Shown here: one piece after another, positions 1-8,731 of the stretch
Numbering within the stretch: position 1 is the first letter of the stretch
How the letters are laid out: the number at the start of each line of letters is the position of its first letter
Assembly: GCA_022508745.1 (NCBI GenBank)
Contig: JAFLUP010000001.1
Coordinates: forward strand, 3,912 to 67,911
Source: Oscillospiraceae bacterium
Lineage (GTDB): Bacteria > Bacillota > Clostridia > Oscillospirales > CAG-382
Direction: 5' to 3'
Length of the DNA: 64,000 bases
Notes under the pieces: generated by a model
The model's input: the letters and a program-made list of their open reading frames with translations, nothing else
Database searches by the model: none
What the model was told of the DNA's origin: nothing
Position numbers and translations under genes: made by a program

Positions 1-808
1 CGGCGTGCAGGCGAACATCATCGGCGCGTCCACCGACTTTGAGTGGGTGCTGCGCTGCGGTCCGACGCAGGGGACCAGCGGAACCTTCCGCGGGGGCAAC
101 CACGGTGACTACACGCTTTCCGATTGGAACGCGGAGGACACGACCAAGACCAACGATCACTTCATCGACATGACCTTCTACGACGCTTCCACCGGTGAAA
201 AGGTGGAGCCGCAGAGCGGCGTGGAGATGACCGTCAACGGTCTGCGGGTGGTCATGCACGATAACATTTACGACGGGGAATACAACCAGGCGAACGTGAT
301 GATCAACGTGGAGCGGATCTACCTGTTCAACGGCGAGGACGTATTCCTGCAATCCAAGCTCTATATGACGCGGAACACCTACTTCCAGATGTCCTACTCC
401 TGCATGATGCCCATTATGAAGCAATACGGCAACTGGACGAAGTTCTACAACGAGGACGGCACCGAAAAGCTGGTGCAGACGCCGCTGACGGGAACGAGCA
501 ACTACGGGAACAACTTCAGCAACGGCAACAACGCCACCAAGGTGGAAATGTGGGGCGAACAGTATCCGGCTTACCACATGACCATGCAGATCTATAACCC
601 GGAGGATATGTTCTACCGTTCCACCGATTACGTCAAGCTCTGGGACATGAACCCCTCTTCCAATAAGCTGTACTTCTCCTCCTTCGCGCTGGGGACTGCC
701 AAACTCGTCCGCAAGGGCACGGAGTGGGATTTCCGTTCCAGCTGGAGCTTCTCCTATGAGCCGGATTTCGTCTGCCCCACGGAGCCGGATGAAAAACTGG
801 GCTTTTGA
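1..808 (+). CDS. hypothetical protein, C-terminal fragment (5' end outside window)
   Basis: Frame of track ORF 5..808 stays open to the window edge and ends at 808. The next gene starts 7 nt later. No motif recognised. Confidence 0.5.
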   Translation, partial: GVQANIIGASTDFEWVLRCGPTQGTSGTFRGGNHGDYTLSDWNAEDTTKTNDHFIDMTFYDASTGEKVEPQSGVEMTVNGLRVVMHDNIYDGEYNQANVMINVERIYLFNGEDVFLQSKLYMTRNTYFQMSYSCMMPIMKQYGNWTKFYNEDGTEKLVQTPLTGTSNYGNNFSNGNNATKVEMWGEQYPAYHMTMQIYNPEDMFYRSTDYVKLWDMNPSSNKLYFSSFALGTAKLVRKGTEWDFRSSWSFSYEPDFVCPTEPDEKLGF

Positions 809-814
809 CGATCT

Positions 815-1735
815 ATGAACCAAACGGTATCTTCTTCTGATTTTCCGCTGCTCCCTCAAGTCCATGTGGCGCACGGGCCGCTGACGGAGGGGGTGCTGGT
901 GCTAGAAGGCGGTGCCGCCCGCGGGATCTACACGGCGGGCGTCTGCGACGTGCTGATGGAGCAAGGCATCCATATGCAGTGCATCGCGGGGGTATCCGCC
1001 GGGGCGCTCAACGGGTGGAATATCATGTGCAGGCAGGTGGGAAGGTATGCCTCCATCGCCCTGTACCATTGCCGGGACGCGCGCCACACCGGCTGGAAGG
1101 CCATCCTGACGGACGGCGGATACATCGGATTTGATTTCATTTTCGGTGATGTCAACGACGAATTCCCCCTCAATGTTTCTGCTTTGGACGACCCTGCGCG
1201 CCGCTTTGCGGTGGTCGCCACCGATCTGGAGACGGGAAAACCCTTTTTCGGGGAACGCTGCTCCTGCAGCAGCCTCCGCCGCGCCACCATTGCCTCCGCC
1301 AGCTATATCGGTATTTCCCGGGTGGTGGAGCTGGACGGGCACAAGCTGCTGGACGGCTGTCACTCCGCCATCATCCCCTTTGATTGGGCGGTGGAGCAGG
1401 GATACCGCAAGCAGATCGTGGTGCTGACGCGGGAGCGGGAATACCGCAAGGGACCGCTCTCGAAGGAGAATCGGCGGCTGGTGCGCACCCTTTACGGGAG
1501 GTATCCGGCGTTCTGCGACTCCGTGGAACGGACGCAGGAGCGTTACGGATCCCTGCGGGACCGCATCTGTGCGGCGGAGGAAGCGGGGGAGATTTTCGTC
1601 ATCGCTCCCCGCGGACCGGTGGAGGTTAAGCGGGTCGAGCGGGACCATAAAAAGCTGTATGATCTCTATGTGCGGGGCAGAAAGGACGCCGAAGAGGCGC
1701 TGCCCGCCCTGCGCGACTATCTGGCAAAGCCGTGA
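815..1735 (+). CDS. patatin-like phospholipase family protein
   Basis: 306 aa. Oxyanion motif LEGGAARGIY, nucleophile elbow GVSAG and a downstream Asp-Gly (LLDGC) fit the patatin Ser-Asp dyad. Confidence 0.85.
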   Translation: MNQTVSSSDFPLLPQVHVAHGPLTEGVLVLEGGAARGIYTAGVCDVLMEQGIHMQCIAGVSAGALNGWNIMCRQVGRYASIALYHCRDARHTGWKAILTDGGYIGFDFIFGDVNDEFPLNVSALDDPARRFAVVATDLETGKPFFGERCSCSSLRRATIASASYIGISRVVELDGHKLLDGCHSAIIPFDWAVEQGYRKQIVVLTREREYRKGPLSKENRRLVRTLYGRYPAFCDSVERTQERYGSLRDRICAAEEAGEIFVIAPRGPVEVKRVERDHKKLYDLYVRGRKDAEEALPALRDYLAKP

Positions 1736-2505
1736 CGGAAAAAGAGATTCTGGAGATCGCGCTGCGGCAATCGGCGATCGACTGCGGATGCGAGCCGGAG
1801 GATTTCCTGCGGCATGAGCCGGTCGTGGTACGGTCGCGGGCGGACGAGCGGGCACGGAAGTACCTGCCGCTGCCCTTCGAATGTGATCTGGTCTCCTACG
1901 GGAACAACGTGGTGGCGCAGGTCAGCGAACGTCTGCGCGCGCCGGTGGAACATTTTCTGCGCACCTATCCGGTCTCCCATTGCTTTGAAACGCCGCATCT
2001 GCACGTGCTGGAGGAGCTCCTGCGCCCGTTCGGGCTGCGGGTCTGCTTTCAGGCGGAGTATTTCCTGCCGGAACCGGACCTTCTTCATCCGCTTCCGTCG
2101 CCGTATCCGACGCGCCTTCTGACGCCGCCCGCGTTTGACGCGCTGTACACGCCGGAATGGAGCAATGCGCTCTGTAAGGATCGTCGGCAGTTGGATCTGC
2201 TGGCCGTGGGCGCGTATGACGGGGAGACGCTGATCGGTCTGGCGGGCGCTTCCGCCGATTGCGAACAAATGTGGCAGATCGGCGTGGACGTGCTGCCCGC
2301 ATACCGTCGGCGCGGCGTGGCCTCCGCCTTGGTGAGCAGGCTCGCCTGCGAGATACTCGCGCGTGGGATCGTCCCGTTTTATTGCGCGGCGTGGTGCAAT
2401 CTGCCGTCGGTACGCAACGCCATCCGGTGCGGCTTCCGCCCTGCGTGGGTAGAGCTGACTGCGCGGGAAGCCTCCCTTGTGGAGCGCCTGAACGCGGCAA
2501 ATTGA
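1732..2505 (+). CDS. GNAT-family N-acetyltransferase (putative)
   Basis: 257 aa. GTG start overlaps the upstream stop (GTGA). C-terminal acetyl-CoA motif-A-like VLPAYRRRGVASALV. Confidence 0.65.
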   Translation: MTEKEILEIALRQSAIDCGCEPEDFLRHEPVVVRSRADERARKYLPLPFECDLVSYGNNVVAQVSERLRAPVEHFLRTYPVSHCFETPHLHVLEELLRPFGLRVCFQAEYFLPEPDLLHPLPSPYPTRLLTPPAFDALYTPEWSNALCKDRRQLDLLAVGAYDGETLIGLAGASADCEQMWQIGVDVLPAYRRRGVASALVSRLACEILARGIVPFYCAAWCNLPSVRNAIRCGFRPAWVELTAREASLVERLNAAN

Positions 2506-2515
2506 AAACAAAAAG

Positions 2516-2546
2516 GCACGACCGGGAAGAACCTTCCCGGTCGTGC
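2516..2546. terminator. bidirectional intrinsic terminator between convergent genes
   Basis: 14-bp stem GCACGACCGGGAAG / CTTCCCGGTCGTGC, flanked by an A-run on the 5' side and TTTCGTATTT on the 3' side. Confidence 0.8.
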
Positions 2547-2572
2547 TTTCGTATTTCCCCGTGTGGAACGGG

Positions 2573-4906
2573 TTACTTGATCGTGTAGGTGCCCAGCACG
2601 TGGCGCTTGACGTACAGGTAATCGAAGGAGTTGATCTTGCCGTCATGGTTCACGTCCGCGGCTGCCGACTGCTCTGGCGTCAGCGCCGCGGTGCCGAGGC
2701 AGTACCGCTTGAGGTGCAGGTAGTCCAGCGCGTCGATTTTGCCATTTCCGTTGATGTCGCCGAGCTTGTGGGCGTTCTTTTCATTGATGTAGGTATAGGT
2801 GATCGTGACGTCGCCTTTCACGGTCAGCAGCGTCTCCTCCCTGACGGGGATCATGCCGTCGATGGCCTTTGCGGGAACGAACATCTGCGAGCCGACGGCG
2901 GCGGTGAATTGGTAGGACGCCAGTTCCTTTCCGTCCGCGCCCTTGCAGACCACGGAGACGGTGGCGGCGTTTTTCTTATCGTATTTCGCGAACAGGTAGT
3001 CCCGCACGTATTCCGACCAGAGGGTGTGTCCCTTGACGGATTGGTGGATGCCGTCCCCCGGATTCAGGAACTCTCTCATGTTCTCATCCCGGGTTTCCGC
3101 GTAGATGTCGATGATGTCGCAGCCGTAGGCGACGGCAACCTGCCGCATGGCTTCGCAGAAGTCCTTCATGTTGCCGTAGGCGTAGTCCAGCCCGTACGCG
3201 CCGGATGTATAGTAGCCGTCCCCGTTGTATGCGTCATGGGGGCAGATGAAGATCACGTCGGTGCCGATCTTCTGCAGCTCGGTGACAAAGTAAGTCAGGT
3301 TGGCGGTGTAGGTCTCCAGGGAGATATTCGGACGTTTCGAGGAGAGCACCTGCGCCTGATCGTTCATGCCAAAGCAGATGAGGGCGATGTCCGGCTTGTG
3401 GACCAGTACATCCCGCTCAAAGCGATCCCTGCCATTGACGGTGCTGTCCCCGCCGACGCCGGCGTTGATGACCTCGGTGCCCACGTGGGCGCCCAGCATA
3501 TTGACCCAACCGCTGCGGGCGGTCAGGGAATCGCCGAAGGCGAGGACGGTCTTGTTCGCCAGAGAGCTGGTCAGGGATTCTTCGGAGACGCAGAAGAAGC
3601 GCTGATAGACGGGAACGGAGGTGCATTTGCCGTTTGCGCCGTTGGCATAGACGACCACCGTGTAGGCGTTTCCGACCTTCAGCAGGTTGGAGGAAACGGT
3701 GTAGCTGTTCGTGCTGACCTTCGTGGGCTTCACCACCGCCTCATTAAAAGGGTTCGGCGTGGAGCTGATGAGGGCAAAGGTGTAGTCCGTGGCGCCCTCC
3801 ACCGGAGTCCATTGGATGGTGACGTTGGATTTGACGATGCGCTCGTCGGAAGGGGAGGTGATGGTCGGGGTGGCGAGCTGTTCGCTGCCCGCATCTCCCA
3901 GAAGGATACAGGTTTTGCCGCTATCCGGTTGGTTCAGATTGATGATATGCTTGCCTTTGTTGTCCTGGTTTTCGTACAGCCACGCCTTGGTGCCCACGGA
4001 GCAGGCCTGCACGGCAGGGTCCGAGCCGGAGCCGCAGTCCATGATCACAAAGCCGTTGCGGGGCAGGACCGGATACTTCGGGCTGCCGGTGGCACGGTTC
4101 AGGTCGGTCGCGACGCAGACGTAGCAGTTCTGGGTCGCATCCCACGCGAACGCCAGCGAGCTCCACCACTCAAAGTTCCCGCCTCCGCTGACCACCGTAC
4201 CGTTGTCCGGCGTGAACAGGATGCAGTCGCCGTTTGCGTAATGCTTGGAGTTGACGTTCTCCGTGGTTTTGATCTGCATGGCGGCGGCCTGCTCCCAGGA
4301 GGCGACCGGATCATAAGCCGTTTTGCCTGCGTCCGGGGTGCCGATCTTGATGTAGGAATCGCTCACGAAGTCGTCTGCATACCAGAGTTTTCCGTTGGTC
4401 TGAATGGCGCCGCCGTACAGGTGGGTGTTATAGAGGTACGCCTTGGTGCCGATCGCAAGATTTTTCACGTACTCGTAGGAATCCTGGATGCGTTTGGTGA
4501 TGTAGTTGATCCCGCCGCTGGAGCTGTAATCGTTGCCGACGCAGATGCCGTAGGCGAAGCCGTATTTGGGGATCTGCATATCGGATTTATCAACATTCTG
4601 TGCGTTGACGTTCTTTTCTTTCAGGACAAAGCAGTTCTGGGATGCATCCCAATCGAAGATGTAGACGCACCACCATGCGAAGTTGCCCTTGTCCCCCAGC
4701 CTGCTCGTGTTAGAGCCGGAGATGATGATGGCGGAGCCCTCCGTGGAGTTCGAGGTGTTGATGTGGGTGATGATCAGCGTTTGATCGCTCGGCCCGTAGG
4801 CGGAAACGCTCGCCGGGAAGAGAGGCAGCAATGCTGCCGGCAGCATCGCCGCCAGCAGAAGAAGCGGCAGGGCTGCGCGAAGGAACCCTCTGCGTGTTCG
4901 TTGCAT
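2573..4906 (-). CDS. secreted dockerin-containing SGNH/GDSL-family esterase, multi-domain
   Basis: 777 aa with a signal peptide (LLLLAAMLPAALLPLFPASVSA). Two tandem copies of an unassigned domain (GNFAWW..WDASQNC and GNFEWW..WDATQNC) and an FN3-like module. SGNH blocks FGDSLT, GVGGDS, CFGMND, DGIH. C-terminal duplicated dockerin F-hands DINGNGKIDALDY and DVNHDGKINSFDY. Confidence 0.88.
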   Translation of the reverse strand: MQRTRRGFLRAALPLLLLAAMLPAALLPLFPASVSAYGPSDQTLIITHINTSNSTEGSAIIISGSNTSRLGDKGNFAWWCVYIFDWDASQNCFVLKEKNVNAQNVDKSDMQIPKYGFAYGICVGNDYSSSGGINYITKRIQDSYEYVKNLAIGTKAYLYNTHLYGGAIQTNGKLWYADDFVSDSYIKIGTPDAGKTAYDPVASWEQAAAMQIKTTENVNSKHYANGDCILFTPDNGTVVSGGGNFEWWSSLAFAWDATQNCYVCVATDLNRATGSPKYPVLPRNGFVIMDCGSGSDPAVQACSVGTKAWLYENQDNKGKHIINLNQPDSGKTCILLGDAGSEQLATPTITSPSDERIVKSNVTIQWTPVEGATDYTFALISSTPNPFNEAVVKPTKVSTNSYTVSSNLLKVGNAYTVVVYANGANGKCTSVPVYQRFFCVSEESLTSSLANKTVLAFGDSLTARSGWVNMLGAHVGTEVINAGVGGDSTVNGRDRFERDVLVHKPDIALICFGMNDQAQVLSSKRPNISLETYTANLTYFVTELQKIGTDVIFICPHDAYNGDGYYTSGAYGLDYAYGNMKDFCEAMRQVAVAYGCDIIDIYAETRDENMREFLNPGDGIHQSVKGHTLWSEYVRDYLFAKYDKKNAATVSVVCKGADGKELASYQFTAAVGSQMFVPAKAIDGMIPVREETLLTVKGDVTITYTYINEKNAHKLGDINGNGKIDALDYLHLKRYCLGTAALTPEQSAAADVNHDGKINSFDYLYVKRHVLGTYTIK

Positions 4907-4945
4907 GGTTTTGCATCCTTTCTGAAAAAATTCTTTCTGCCTTTC

Positions 4946-4974
4946 ATTTTAACAGATTCCTGTCCGGATTGCAA
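4946..4974 (-). promoter_or_regulatory. sigma-A-type promoter for the dockerin esterase gene
   Basis: Minus strand reads TTGCAA-17 nt-TAAAAT, ~40 nt upstream of ATG 4906. Confidence 0.5.
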
Positions 4975-5005
4975 GATTCCCGCCAAAAAATCCGGGCAAA
5001 TGGGA

Positions 5006-5034
5006 TTGATTTTTTTGTATGATTGGTATATAAT
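5006..5034 (+). promoter_or_regulatory. sigma-A-type promoter for pcrA
   Basis: TTGATT-17 nt-TATAAT, ~35 nt upstream of GTG 5069. Confidence 0.5.
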
Positions 5035-5068
5035 AGTAAAATCAAATTATCATGGGAGGAAAGTTGCC

Positions 5069-7435
5069 GTGGAGCCGAGAGCGTTCAATGAACGGAAGCG
5101 ATCGCTGTTTTCGCAGTATTATCGGTTCCTCAATCCGCCTCAACAGGAAGCGGTGGCGACGGTGCAGGGTCCCTTGCTGGTGCTGGCGGGGGCGGGCTCC
5201 GGGAAGACCACGGTGCTGGTGAACCGCATCGGCAACCTGATCCTGTTCGGCAACGCCTGGAAAGACGAGACGCTCCCCCCGGACGCGGAAGCGCTTTATG
5301 CGGAGATGGCAGCCGTGGACGGCGGCTCCCGCGCACAGATCCGGGCGGTGCTGGAAAAGCTGGCGGTTTCCCCGGCGAGACCCTACCGGGTGCTGTGCAT
5401 CACCTTCACCAACAAGGCGGCAAATGAATTCAAGGAGCGGCTCTCCGCCCTGCTGGGTGAACGCGCCGAGGATATCTGGGCGGGCACCTTCCATTCCGTC
5501 TGCGTGCGCATCCTGCGGCGGCATATCGACCTGCTGGGCTACACGGGGAATTTCACCATCTACGATACGGACGACACCAAAAAGGTGATCACCTCCGTCA
5601 TGAAGCAGCATCAGATCGACGAGCGGCACCTTTCCGTCAAGGCGGTCATGGGGCTGATCTCCAAATACAAGGAAAAGGGCTACCTGCCGGAGGAAGTCGA
5701 GATGGATCCCGACCTGCGCACGGACACTCGTCTGTACGATGCGGCGCGGGTCTATCGGGACTACCAGCGCACCCTGCAAAACGCCAATGCGTTGGATTTT
5801 GACGATCTCATTCTGCTGACCAACCTGCTGTTCCGGGAGTACCCGGAGGTATTGGATCGCTACCGGCAGCAGTTCGATTACATTCTGGTGGACGAGTTTC
5901 AGGACACCAACCCTTCCCAGAACCAGCTGGTCGCGCAGTTGGGGAGCGGGAAGGAGAACGTCTGCGTCGTCGGGGACGACGACCAATCCATTTACAGCTT
6001 CCGCGGGGCGACGGTGGAGAACATTTTGCAGTTCGACCGGCTCTTTCCCGCGGCGAAGACCATCCGTCTGGAGCAGAATTACCGCTCCACCGGGCATATT
6101 CTCTCCGCGGCGAACGCCGTCATCAGCCATAACGAGGGGCGGAAGGGAAAAAACCTCTGGACGGCAGCGGGAGACGGCGAAAAGATCCGCGTGGAGCGTC
6201 CCTTTACCCAAATGGAGGAATCCGCTCTGATCGTTTCGGAGATCAAGCGGCAGGTGGCGAACGGCACACGGCAGTACGGGGATTTCGCCGTGCTGTACCG
6301 GGTGGGAGCCCTTTCCAACAACATCGAACAGGCGCTGGTCAAGGCGCGCATCCCCTACCGGATCTGCGGCGGTTTGCGCTTCAGCGAACGGCGGGAGATC
6401 AAGGATGTGGTGGCGTACCTTTCCGTCATCAACAACCCGTCGGACAATGTACGTCTGAAGCGGATTTTGAACGTTCCCCGCCGCTCCATCGGGGATACCA
6501 CGGCGGATCGGATGGAGGTCATCGCTTCTTCCGAGAACAGCAGCCTTTACAAGGTGGCAAAAAATGCGTCCTTCTACCCGGAGCTTGCCCGGGCGGCAGG
6601 GAAGTTAAAATCCTTCGCTGAACTGATAGATTCCATGCGGGAGTTTTCCGTTTCCTACGGGCTGACGGAAACCGTTTCCCACGTGCTGGAAGAAACCGGA
6701 TATATGCGTTTCCTCGCGGAAGAAGCGGAAGCGGACGGGGACGAGCAGCACGAACGGGAACAGAACGTGCAGGAATTTCTCTCCACCGTGCGCCTGTACG
6801 AGGAAACGTCGGAAAGCCCTACGCTCTCCGCCTTTTTGGAGGAGATGGCGCTGGTCTCCGACGTGGACGCGTTGGAGGAAGGGCAGGACGCGGTCACACT
6901 GATGACCGTGCACGCCGCAAAAGGGCTGGAATTCCCCGCGGTGTTCCTCATCGGCTTTGAGGACGGACTGTTCCCCAGCCAGCAGGCGGTCATGGAGGGG
7001 GGCATCGAGGAGGAACGGCGGCTGGCGTATGTGGCCATCACCCGTGCCAAGCAGTCCCTGTGCCTGACCCACTGCGCTTCCCGGATGCTCTACGGACGGA
7101 CGGACGCGAAGGTGGCGTCCCGCTTTCTCGGGGAGATCCCGGAGCAGGACAGGACAAGCTCCACTCCCGAACCTTCCTATGCGACCCGCCGAAGCGATTT
7201 CGGGTTCCGTCCTTCCACCGGCGGCTTCCGTTCCGCGGAACAACGCGAGGCGCGTCCGCTTGCAGGCGGGCAGACCCGTTTTTCCGCCGGCGACCGGGTG
7301 GTACACGCCTTCTTCGGCGCGGGGGAAGTGCTTTCCGCGCAGGAAATGGGCGGGGATATGCTCTACGGCATCCTGTTTGACGACGGCTCGGAAAAACGCA
7401 TCATGGGCAGTTTTGCGAAATTAAAACCGGAATAA
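5069..7435 (+). CDS. pcrA: ATP-dependent DNA helicase PcrA/UvrD family
   Basis: C-terminal part of track ORF 2543..7435. GTG at 5069 sits 8 nt after GGGAGGA. Walker A AGAGSGKT, VDEFQDTN, QNYRS, and a C-terminal GDRVVHAFFGAGEV domain. The start could alternatively be ATG 5000, but that lies inside the predicted promoter. Confidence 0.9.
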   Translation: MEPRAFNERKRSLFSQYYRFLNPPQQEAVATVQGPLLVLAGAGSGKTTVLVNRIGNLILFGNAWKDETLPPDAEALYAEMAAVDGGSRAQIRAVLEKLAVSPARPYRVLCITFTNKAANEFKERLSALLGERAEDIWAGTFHSVCVRILRRHIDLLGYTGNFTIYDTDDTKKVITSVMKQHQIDERHLSVKAVMGLISKYKEKGYLPEEVEMDPDLRTDTRLYDAARVYRDYQRTLQNANALDFDDLILLTNLLFREYPEVLDRYRQQFDYILVDEFQDTNPSQNQLVAQLGSGKENVCVVGDDDQSIYSFRGATVENILQFDRLFPAAKTIRLEQNYRSTGHILSAANAVISHNEGRKGKNLWTAAGDGEKIRVERPFTQMEESALIVSEIKRQVANGTRQYGDFAVLYRVGALSNNIEQALVKARIPYRICGGLRFSERREIKDVVAYLSVINNPSDNVRLKRILNVPRRSIGDTTADRMEVIASSENSSLYKVAKNASFYPELARAAGKLKSFAELIDSMREFSVSYGLTETVSHVLEETGYMRFLAEEAEADGDEQHEREQNVQEFLSTVRLYEETSESPTLSAFLEEMALVSDVDALEEGQDAVTLMTVHAAKGLEFPAVFLIGFEDGLFPSQQAVMEGGIEEERRLAYVAITRAKQSLCLTHCASRMLYGRTDAKVASRFLGEIPEQDRTSSTPEPSYATRRSDFGFRPSTGGFRSAEQREARPLAGGQTRFSAGDRVVHAFFGAGEVLSAQEMGGDMLYGILFDDGSEKRIMGSFAKLKPE

Positions 7436-7470
7436 AATTTGATGTTTCCCTCACGAAAGGAGTTTCATAA

Positions 7471-8712
7471 ATGGCTGAAATCAAACCCATCCGCGCACTG
7501 CGGTATACGGAAAAGGCGGGGGCGCTGGAGACCTGCGTCTGCCCGCCCTACGACATCGTAAACGAGGCGGAATATGCCGCTTTGTGCGGGGAAAATCCCC
7601 ACAATCTGATCCGTCTGGAGCTTCCCACCGGCGGGGAGGATCGCTATGAAAACGCCGGAAAGTTGCTTACCGAATGGCTGGAAAGCGGCGTGCTGACGCA
7701 GGACGAAACGCCGGGCATTTACCTCTATCGGGAGGCGTTCACGGTGGGAGGAAAGCAGTATGCCTTCGACGGGCTGGTCTGTCTGGTGGGGCTGCGTCCC
7801 TTCTCCGACCGGGTGGTGCTCCCCCACGAGGAGACCCTCTCCAAAGCCAAGGAGGATCGCTTCCGGCTGATGTGCGCTACCGGCTGCAACTTCTCCTCCA
7901 TCTATTCCCTGTATCGGGATGAGAAAGGGGACATCCGGGAGGTCGTCCGCGCATCGCAGGCGCTGCCCGTACTGGCGGAATTCACCGACGGGGAAGGGGT
8001 GACCCATACCCTGCGCAAGATCGAGGACGAAAAAACGGTCGCGTTCCTTGTGAACGCCTTTGCGGACAAGCAGTTGTTCATCGCGGACGGGCATCACCGA
8101 TACGAAACGGCGCTCCGCTACCGGGATACCGTTTGTCCGGACGCGACCCACGTGCTGATGACGCTGGTGGATTTGGAGGACGACGGACTGGTGGTTCTGC
8201 CCACCCACCGTCTCATCACCGGGCTGACCGTGGAAAAGGATGTACTGGCGGAAAAGGCGTCGGCGTTCTTTACCGCCACGGAGTACCCGGACGTGACCAA
8301 GGCAGAGGAAGTGCTGAACGCCCACAAGGACAAGCACGCCTACGCGCTCTACACCGGCGGAGAGGGCTTTACCCTGCTGGTCGGGACAGAAAAGGCAGAT
8401 CAACTCACGGTGGAGGGCAGGAGCGAAGCCTACGCCCGGCTGGACGTCACCGTGCTGCACACCCTGCTGCTGGAACAGGTGCTGGGCATTGATAAAGAGA
8501 ACATGGCAAGGCAGCAGAACCTGCGCTACACCCGCTCTGCGGAGGAAGCCGTCGAGTCTGTGCGGAAGGGCGAAAGTACCGCCGCGTTCCTGCTGAACCC
8601 CACCCGCATCGAGGAGATCCGCGCGGTGGCTGTCGCAGGGGACAAGATGCCCCAGAAGAGTACCTATTTTTACCCCAAGCTCAAGACCGGTCTGGTTATG
8701 AACCGGCTGTAA
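7471..8712 (+). CDS. DUF1015 family protein
   Basis: 413 aa. The N-terminus IKPIRALRY...CPPYDIV and an internal ADGHHRYETA match my recollection of the DUF1015/COG4198 family. Confidence 0.75.
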   Translation: MAEIKPIRALRYTEKAGALETCVCPPYDIVNEAEYAALCGENPHNLIRLELPTGGEDRYENAGKLLTEWLESGVLTQDETPGIYLYREAFTVGGKQYAFDGLVCLVGLRPFSDRVVLPHEETLSKAKEDRFRLMCATGCNFSSIYSLYRDEKGDIREVVRASQALPVLAEFTDGEGVTHTLRKIEDEKTVAFLVNAFADKQLFIADGHHRYETALRYRDTVCPDATHVLMTLVDLEDDGLVVLPTHRLITGLTVEKDVLAEKASAFFTATEYPDVTKAEEVLNAHKDKHAYALYTGGEGFTLLVGTEKADQLTVEGRSEAYARLDVTVLHTLLLEQVLGIDKENMARQQNLRYTRSAEEAVESVRKGESTAAFLLNPTRIEEIRAVAVAGDKMPQKSTYFYPKLKTGLVMNRL

Positions 8713-8731
8713 CGAAAGGACGGATACCGAA

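Noticed and set aside
815-1735. Patatin-like phospholipase as a CBASS-type defence effector
   Set aside because: No cyclic-oligonucleotide synthase, Cap accessory genes or other defence partners are adjacent. The neighbours are a GNAT and an unknown secreted-type protein, so it looks like a stand-alone patatin.
2543-5068. N-terminal ~840 codons of the 1630-aa track ORF 2543..7435
   Set aside because: This part is antisense to the well-supported dockerin esterase gene and crosses the divergent promoter region. Only the C-terminal 788 codons (pcrA, from GTG 5069) have helicase motifs, an RBS and a promoter.
8713-8731. T-box or other riboswitch leaders for valS, hisS, aspS, thrC and the trans-sulfuration gene
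   Set aside because: The spacers before valS (19 nt) and hisS (28 nt) are too short. No T-box consensus (GGTGGTACCGCG-like) or S-box features are visible anywhere in the window.
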